From: Nitrososphaerota archaeon
GTDB lineage: Archaea > Thermoproteota > Nitrososphaeria > Nitrososphaerales > JACQRY01
Assembly: GCA_016184315.1 (NCBI GenBank)
Contig: JACPCU010000020.1
Coordinates: forward strand, 21,025 to 85,024
Length of the DNA: 64,000 nt
Direction of reading: 5' to 3'
Under the pieces are notes generated by a model. The model worked only from the letters and a program-made list of their open reading frames with translations. It ran no database searches and was not told where the DNA came from. A program made the translations under genes and the position numbers. This document shows positions 58,599-64,000 of this stretch, piece after piece (position 1 is the stretch's first letter; each line of letters begins with the position of its first letter).

Positions 58599-60805
58599 GC
58601 TGAGGGTTCCCCTACAACCTGATAGATCAGGACTGCTGCAACTACACGCCCAGAGTTGTCGAAGGTGCTCGGCGAAGCGTAGACGAGCTTCAGGAACTGG
58701 CTTTCGGGACTGACGGGGCAGTCTGGACCAACGTTGAGATCAGTTGGATATTTCACTGAGCATTCGAAGGCTACGATGGTGTTCTCCTCATAGTTCTGCT
58801 TGAAGCGGCCGTCCTGTCCAACGTATCCAACTACTTTAACGGGGAACATTCTGCCAAGTAAGGTGCTGTTCCAGAACATCTGCTTGGGAGTCAATCCGTC
58901 CGACTCTACAAAACTGTCTAGATTCAATCCGCCTATCCTGATGAACCACTGCTTCTTCGCCTCGTCTCCTCCTACAGGCTGCCCGCTGCCGGGAACCACC
59001 CAGATGATGAAGGAACGGCCTGTGGCTTGATCCTGTACTCTTATGCCTCCCATGAAGACGACTATATATTTGGCGCCCAGTGAACCGATGATCTTGCTGG
59101 CATTCTTCTCGTTGGACATGAACATTTTGCCCAGTTGAGCGATACGGGTCTGGTTTATCGTAGCGTTATCTGCAAGTGTGGTTCTGTTGCCCATTACTGT
59201 GATCCAGTAGCCGTAGTCCCACCAAGCGGCCATCACCGCATCAGACGGAGTGTTTTCACGGATCCACTTCAAAGCTTCAAGCCAGTCGGGGATCTGTGTT
59301 CTGAAGCCTAAGCTTGATGAAGCTATGCTCACCGGGACATCGCTGGAGTCAAGCCAGTTTCCCTGCGGAGGGTAGAAGACGGGGAAGGCTAACAGGACGA
59401 TCATAACTGCACTGAAGAAGACCTTCGCCTCGGATCTCTCACTTGCTCGCCCAGTCTTGCGTCTAACAACAGTGGCGGTACTCGGTTTGATGACTGCCTT
59501 TAGAAGCTCTGAGAGACCGACTGCTCCTAGGAATGCGAATGCGAGTGCTGAGAAGACCATGAGCCTAGAGAAGGATGCTGAAACGTAGACTCCTGTGATG
59601 GCGAAGAAGAGCAGGAATGCTGAGTTGAGGTCACGTTTTCTTAAGAGCAGGATGGCTCCGAATCCTGCTAGAAATATGAGCGCGAAGGATGAAGCAAGGT
59701 AGTCTTGACCTGTGGGGACGAAGTGTTCAGCAACGGACTCGACTAGGGGGTTGTCGCTGCGGAGATAGGGGTAGATTACTGTCAGATATCTTCCACTGAG
59801 CCCTGAGACAGCTCCTGAGCTTAAGGCAACTCCAACTATCAGTGCGAAGGCGAAAAGCATCTTGACTAATGTGCGGGAATAACTCTTAGGTTCGGTGAAC
59901 CGTTTCACTATTAGTGCAAGGTAAGCAAAGCCCAACGGCGCGAGGAGAAGCATTCCTGCAGCGCCTGCGATGATGTTCGGACCAGGTCGGGGGAACCCTG
60001 CTGCCACTGTGAGTGCAGACGCGACGAAGAAGGCACCTGCTGTGACTGTCTTCTTCAAATCTATGTTGAGGAAGGGGGAGGCTAGGAAGACTAGGCCGAA
60101 TACGATACTGAAGTATTGGGTGCCTCCCCAAGCTGTGTAAGCATAGCCAAGGATCAATCCACCGGCAATCGATCTGATTGCGAGTCCTCTGTTTGAAACT
60201 TTAGGGCCGTAGACTGTGAGGTAAAGGTAGATTCCTAGGAGGGCAAGGAAGAGGGCAAGGGGTTCAGATTTGAACCAGCCTAAAGTTCCTCTCAGAATAA
60301 TGGGTGGTGAGACAGCTATTATGAGTGATGCGAAAAGGCCTGCTGAGGTGCCTGCTATCCGCCTAATTAAAAGGAATACGATTATCGTGGTTAGGGCTCC
60401 GAATATCACGGGGAATAGCACCAAGAAATCGTAAAGGCTTATCGGAGCGCCAAGGATCGCTTTGACAAACAGGTAGAGACCCGCGCCCGCGAAGTGGAGT
60501 CCTACTTGTGAGCTGGAGGCCACAGGTCGCCCCTCGGGGTACCATGTGGAGTGGTCAACCCACGTAAAGTAATTCAAGGCGCCTGCCGGCCCGTATAGGT
60601 CAACGTTCTTTACGATGAAGTCTGTTGCGTAGTAGTCGAAGTAAGGGTCGAATTCGTTCAAATAGAAGCCGTATTGGGCCGGAGTCGTCCTTACAATGAG
60701 CGCGATGGCGAAGATGGCTGACAGTGAAAGAAGCATCAAGATCGACATGCTTGAAGACTTGGGGCGCGTAATCTTCCCCAACTCTGCTAAACCTGAGCGC
60801 CTCAT
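58595..60805 (-). CDS. aglB: Oligosaccharyltransferase AglB (STT3)
   Basis: EFDPYF, SVAEH, WWDYG, DNAT. Confidence 0.96.
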   Translation of the reverse strand: MRRSGLAELGKITRPKSSSMSILMLLSLSAIFAIALIVRTTPAQYGFYLNEFDPYFDYYATDFIVKNVDLYGPAGALNYFTWVDHSTWYPEGRPVASSSQVGLHFAGAGLYLFVKAILGAPISLYDFLVLFPVIFGALTTIIVFLLIRRIAGTSAGLFASLIIAVSPPIILRGTLGWFKSEPLALFLALLGIYLYLTVYGPKVSNRGLAIRSIAGGLILGYAYTAWGGTQYFSIVFGLVFLASPFLNIDLKKTVTAGAFFVASALTVAAGFPRPGPNIIAGAAGMLLLAPLGFAYLALIVKRFTEPKSYSRTLVKMLFAFALIVGVALSSGAVSGLSGRYLTVIYPYLRSDNPLVESVAEHFVPTGQDYLASSFALIFLAGFGAILLLRKRDLNSAFLLFFAITGVYVSASFSRLMVFSALAFAFLGAVGLSELLKAVIKPSTATVVRRKTGRASERSEAKVFFSAVMIVLLAFPVFYPPQGNWLDSSDVPVSIASSSLGFRTQIPDWLEALKWIRENTPSDAVMAAWWDYGYWITVMGNRTTLADNATINQTRIAQLGKMFMSNEKNASKIIGSLGAKYIVVFMGGIRVQDQATGRSFIIWVVPGSGQPVGGDEAKKQWFIRIGGLNLDSFVESDGLTPKQMFWNSTLLGRMFPVKVVGYVGQDGRFKQNYEENTIVAFECSVKYPTDLNVGPDCPVSPESQFLKLVYASPSTFDNSGRVVAAVLIYQVVGEPSA

Positions 60806-60857
60806 AGGGTTCGCTTGAACCGAGAGCGATTTAGCCAGCCCTTAAAGCCTTTGTGGC

Positions 60858-61130
60858 TTACTCCTTTATGCTCTCTAAGGTGCTTACCGCGGACCAGATT
60901 GTAACTCTAGCGTAGGATGGCATGTTCGGATCCTGTGAAACCTCGTCTAGGAGGCTGATGGCGTTAGCGGCCCTCACAGAGGGAGAGATGCTGTTGTCCT
61001 GTAACATAATTATGGAGTCTTTCACGATCTTCCTGATGTTTCTTGGGGTGGTGGTGCTGTCGGCTATAGTCTGGAGTGTAGCCATGGCTTTAGATAGTTT
61101 TTCTTCGTTGACTTTGCTTATAGGGCTCAT
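60858..61130 (-). CDS. UPF0147 family protein
   Basis: TPRNIR...VRAANAIS.LDEVSQDPNMP..AR..IW..VS.LE. Confidence 0.92.
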   Translation of the reverse strand: MSPISKVNEEKLSKAMATLQTIADSTTTPRNIRKIVKDSIIMLQDNSISPSVRAANAISLLDEVSQDPNMPSYARVTIWSAVSTLESIKE

Positions 61131-61251
61131 AAATATTCACCTGAATTAGGCGGAATTCTGTTTAGATGCGTTAAGTGGCAGCTGCGGGTCGTAATATAAA
61201 CTTTGACTTACACAACACCTTCTTGTCAGAACTGATATTAAGCGGAGTCGT

Positions 61252-61626
61252 TTGATCTGTTCAACAAGTGTTTCATCGTTGGCTCAGAAGAGGGGGTTAG
61301 CTGTCGCTGCAGAGATTCTGAGGAAAGGGGCGACTCTACTGAAAGAGCCCTGTCCGAAATGTGGAGGAGTGCAGATACGCTACAAGAACAGAACCCTCTG
61401 CACCAACTGTGACGATCTCAGCAATATTGAAGCTCTCGAAGCACCGCAGCCAACGGAAGTAATAGGCAAGCTCAAGGATCTCATAGCTGCGAAGATAGGC
61501 GAAGCAAGCCTACTGCTCAAAGAAGAAAAAAACATTGAAAGACAAACCCAGCTTGCAGCTCTCCTCCTAAGATACGTTGAACTAATGGAGAAGACTTCAA
61601 CCATATTGGAGAAAGAGCAGCCATGA
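61252..61626 (+). CDS. UPF0148 / SSSCA1-like Zn-ribbon protein
   Basis: AAEILRKGATLLKEPCPKCG...LC..C. Confidence 0.88.
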   Translation: MICSTSVSSLAQKRGLAVAAEILRKGATLLKEPCPKCGGVQIRYKNRTLCTNCDDLSNIEALEAPQPTEVIGKLKDLIAAKIGEASLLLKEEKNIERQTQLAALLLRYVELMEKTSTILEKEQP

Positions 61627-62753
61627 GCAGCCTCAAACATTCCCATCTCTACTCATATCATGCGGCCAACAGCCGCCTAGCTAGCTTCGCGGGCTACGAT
61701 ATGCCACTATGGTACAAGGGCATAAGCAATGAACACATGGCTGTAAGAACCGCGGCAGGCCTCTTTGATGTTTCTCACATGGGTAGGTTCAGCATCAAAG
61801 GACGGGATGCTAACTCCTTCATCGACCATATGATACCGACCAACCTCGTTAAGGTTGCTGACGGCGGTGCCGCTTACTCAGTTCTTTGTGACGATAATGC
61901 GGGTATCATGGATGATATCTTGGTTTACAGATTCTCATCTGACGACTTCATCATAGTTGTTAATGCGGCGAACATTGACAAAGACTATGGATGGTTCAAA
62001 CAGCACCTAGATGGCTATCAGGCAACCATGATTGATGAGACTCAGAGTATAGCTTTGCTGGCGCTGCAGGGGCCTAAGGCTAAGGCTATTATTCAGAGTT
62101 TGACTGCTGAAGATGTCGGTAACATCAAACGGTTCACCCATAGACGCGTCGCCCTGAGCGGCGTGGACGCATTGATTTCTAGAACAGGGTATACTGGGGA
62201 AGACGGGTTTGAGATCTTCGTACCTGATTGCCATGTTAGCAGGCCGTTACAGGCTGAAAAGGTTTGGAGCCAGATCCTCTCGGATTTCGCTACGTGGGGA
62301 GTATTGCCTTGCGGACTGGGCGCTAGGGACACCTTGAGGCTCGAAGCAGGTCTCTGCCTGTACGGTCAAGACATTGATGGCTCAACTAATCCGTTTGAAG
62401 CAAATCTTGCTTGGCTTGTGCATATGGATAAGGGAGATTTCGTTGGCAGGAAGGCCCTTATGGAACTGAAGGATCACGAAACGAGGAAGAGAATAGGGAT
62501 AAGCATGGAGGTAGGAGGCATACCTAGACATGGATGTGAGGTTTTGGTTAAATCCGAGTATGTGGGCAGGGTTACCAGCGGAAGTTTCTCGCCTCTATTG
62601 CGGAAAGGTATAGCCATGGGGTATGTTGCTGAACGATATACAGGTGAAGGAACAGCGGTGGAGGTTTCCATACGGGGAAAGGAGTGGCCTGCCACTGTCA
62701 AGAATCCGCCTTTCTACGATCCCAAGCTCTATGGCTGGAAGAGAGTGGCCTAA
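61623..62753 (+). CDS. gcvT: Glycine cleavage T protein
   Basis: FAGYDMP..Y, FDVSHMG, RTGYTGEDGFE, GLGARDTLRLEAG. Confidence 0.96.
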   Translation: MSSLKHSHLYSYHAANSRLASFAGYDMPLWYKGISNEHMAVRTAAGLFDVSHMGRFSIKGRDANSFIDHMIPTNLVKVADGGAAYSVLCDDNAGIMDDILVYRFSSDDFIIVVNAANIDKDYGWFKQHLDGYQATMIDETQSIALLALQGPKAKAIIQSLTAEDVGNIKRFTHRRVALSGVDALISRTGYTGEDGFEIFVPDCHVSRPLQAEKVWSQILSDFATWGVLPCGLGARDTLRLEAGLCLYGQDIDGSTNPFEANLAWLVHMDKGDFVGRKALMELKDHETRKRIGISMEVGGIPRHGCEVLVKSEYVGRVTSGSFSPLLRKGIAMGYVAERYTGEGTAVEVSIRGKEWPATVKNPPFYDPKLYGWKRVA

Positions 62754-62900
62754 GGGGTATAGTTGTGCTCCTTGGGGAGATGGTAGGGGGAGAGGGAGAC
62801 GGACAAAGAGACACCTCCCTATATATGTTGGAAGACTGAAGTTGTGGGAGCATGGCGGGGAAAGGTTAAAGGGTTTCCTGTGGTGCGTTGAGGTTTCGTC

Positions 62901-63314
62901 TTGAATGTAGATGGATACGAGGTTCTTGAAGGTCTCCTTTACAGCAGGGAGCATGAGTGGACCAGAGTTGTCTCTCCGAAGAGGGTTATCGCAGGAATAA
63001 CTGATTACGCTGTGAAGCTTCTTCATGATGTTGTTTATGTGACTCTTCCCGAGGTGGGCTCTGAAGTTAGGCATATGCAGGTCTTCGGCTCCGTTGAGTC
63101 CATCAAGGCTGTGTCTGATCTTTATTCGCCGTTGACGGGGAAGGTTTTGGCGTCCAACAGGGCTTTGGAGAAGACGCCTGAGCTTGTAGGCCAGTCTCCT
63201 TACGGTGATGGATGGATCATTGAAGTGGAGCCCACTAACCTGGATGCTGAGTCTAAGGCTCTGCTTAACGCTGAGGGCTATGCGTCATTGATCAGGGGTT
63301 TGGGTAAGAAGTAG
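62901..63314 (+). CDS. gcvH: Glycine cleavage H protein
   Basis: HEW, GITDYA, VESIKAVSD (lipoyl Lys), PYGDGW. Confidence 0.96.
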   Translation: MNVDGYEVLEGLLYSREHEWTRVVSPKRVIAGITDYAVKLLHDVVYVTLPEVGSEVRHMQVFGSVESIKAVSDLYSPLTGKVLASNRALEKTPELVGQSPYGDGWIIEVEPTNLDAESKALLNAEGYASLIRGLGKK

Positions 63315-63342
63315 GGTTTTAGCTGAGCTGGTTGCTTAATCT

Positions 63343-64000
63343 ATGGCTAGGGGTAAGCTGGGGCTCATCGTAAACCCTGTTGCGGGGATATGCGGCAAGG
63401 CGGGGTTCAAAGGCTCGGACGATCCTCGAGCCGTGGAGCAAGCTAAGAAACTGGGTTTCGCTCCAGTTGCTCCTGAACGAGCAGTCAGAGCTCTTGCACC
63501 ACTCAGAAGCGTTGATGTTGAAGTCTGCACTTTTCCAAGAGAAATGGGGGAAGATGAGGCTTTGCAGGCAGGGTTGACTCCGCGTATCATTGGGAGCATT
63601 TCTTCAGGCAGAACTGGTGCGGAGGACACTATTAGGGCTGCAAGGATTATGCGGAGTGAGAATGTGGGAGTAATTCTTTTTGTCGGAGGAGACGGCACCG
63701 CCAGAAACGTGTTGGATGCTGTCGGTACATCCATACCTGCTCTAGGTGTCCCATCAGGAGTGAAAACTTATTCCGCTGTTTTCATGGTTAATCCTTTTGT
63801 TGCAGGACTGCTGGCGAAGAAGTTCTTGGAGTCAGGGCTACCTGTAGGCGAATCAGAGGTGCTTGACATTGATGAGGGAGCCTATCGTCGAGGCGTTTTG
63901 ACTGTGAAGCTCTACGGCTATCTTTCATGTCCTTATGAGCCTGCTCTTCTTCAATCATCCAAGGCCATCATTGTCGATGATGACGATGCTGAGAATCGTT
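63343..64000 (+). CDS. ATP-NAD/AcoX kinase family protein (3' truncated by window edge)
   Basis: GLIVNPVAG..G..GFKGSD, FVGGDGTAR, GVPSGVK.YSAVF. Confidence 0.88.
   Translation, partial: MARGKLGLIVNPVAGICGKAGFKGSDDPRAVEQAKKLGFAPVAPERAVRALAPLRSVDVEVCTFPREMGEDEALQAGLTPRIIGSISSGRTGAEDTIRAARIMRSENVGVILFVGGDGTARNVLDAVGTSIPALGVPSGVKTYSAVFMVNPFVAGLLAKKFLESGLPVGESEVLDIDEGAYRRGVLTVKLYGYLSCPYEPALLQSSKAIIVDDDDAENR

Noticed and set aside
8455..63734. Numerous antisense or alternate-frame ORFs in the track (e.g. 10228-10740, 18594-19223, 39309-39794, 63336-63734)
   Set aside because: Shadows of well-supported genes; no independent motifs
1..64000. CRISPR array, rRNA, IS transposase, reverse transcriptase/DGR
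   Set aside because: None detected by eye; the repeats found are irregularly spaced att-like scars

Overview
This is an archaeal chromosomal segment. The gene set (A-type ATP synthase with atpI divergent from atpFEABD, TFE, aIF2-alpha, Trm56, Csl4, Dph2, AglB, divergent pyrB/pyrI) suggests a Nitrososphaerota/TACK lineage; that assignment is an inference. The core carries a class II RNR, pyrBI, the A-ATPase, SUF, information-processing genes and gcvT/gcvH. Accessory DNA occurs in five places: (1) 1-5.4 kb, an Mrr-like nuclease and a tyrosine integrase overlapping tRNA-Pro(CGG), followed by TA and small-gene cassettes separated by decayed copies of the tRNA 3' end; (2) a MazF-type TA cassette between 64-bp direct repeats inside the ATP synthase cluster; (3) a restriction-nuclease cassette among several tRNA-Gln 3'-end scars; (4) a glycan-modification island; (5) an ion-detox cluster with a fluoride riboswitch. 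The strongest novelty candidates are the integron-like tRNA-scar cassette array, a wHTH-ATP cone-catalytically dead NrdD fusion upstream of nrdJ, and a divergent coupled proteasome beta-alpha pair with no propeptide and an altered gate. All calls come from reading motifs by eye; no searches were run.
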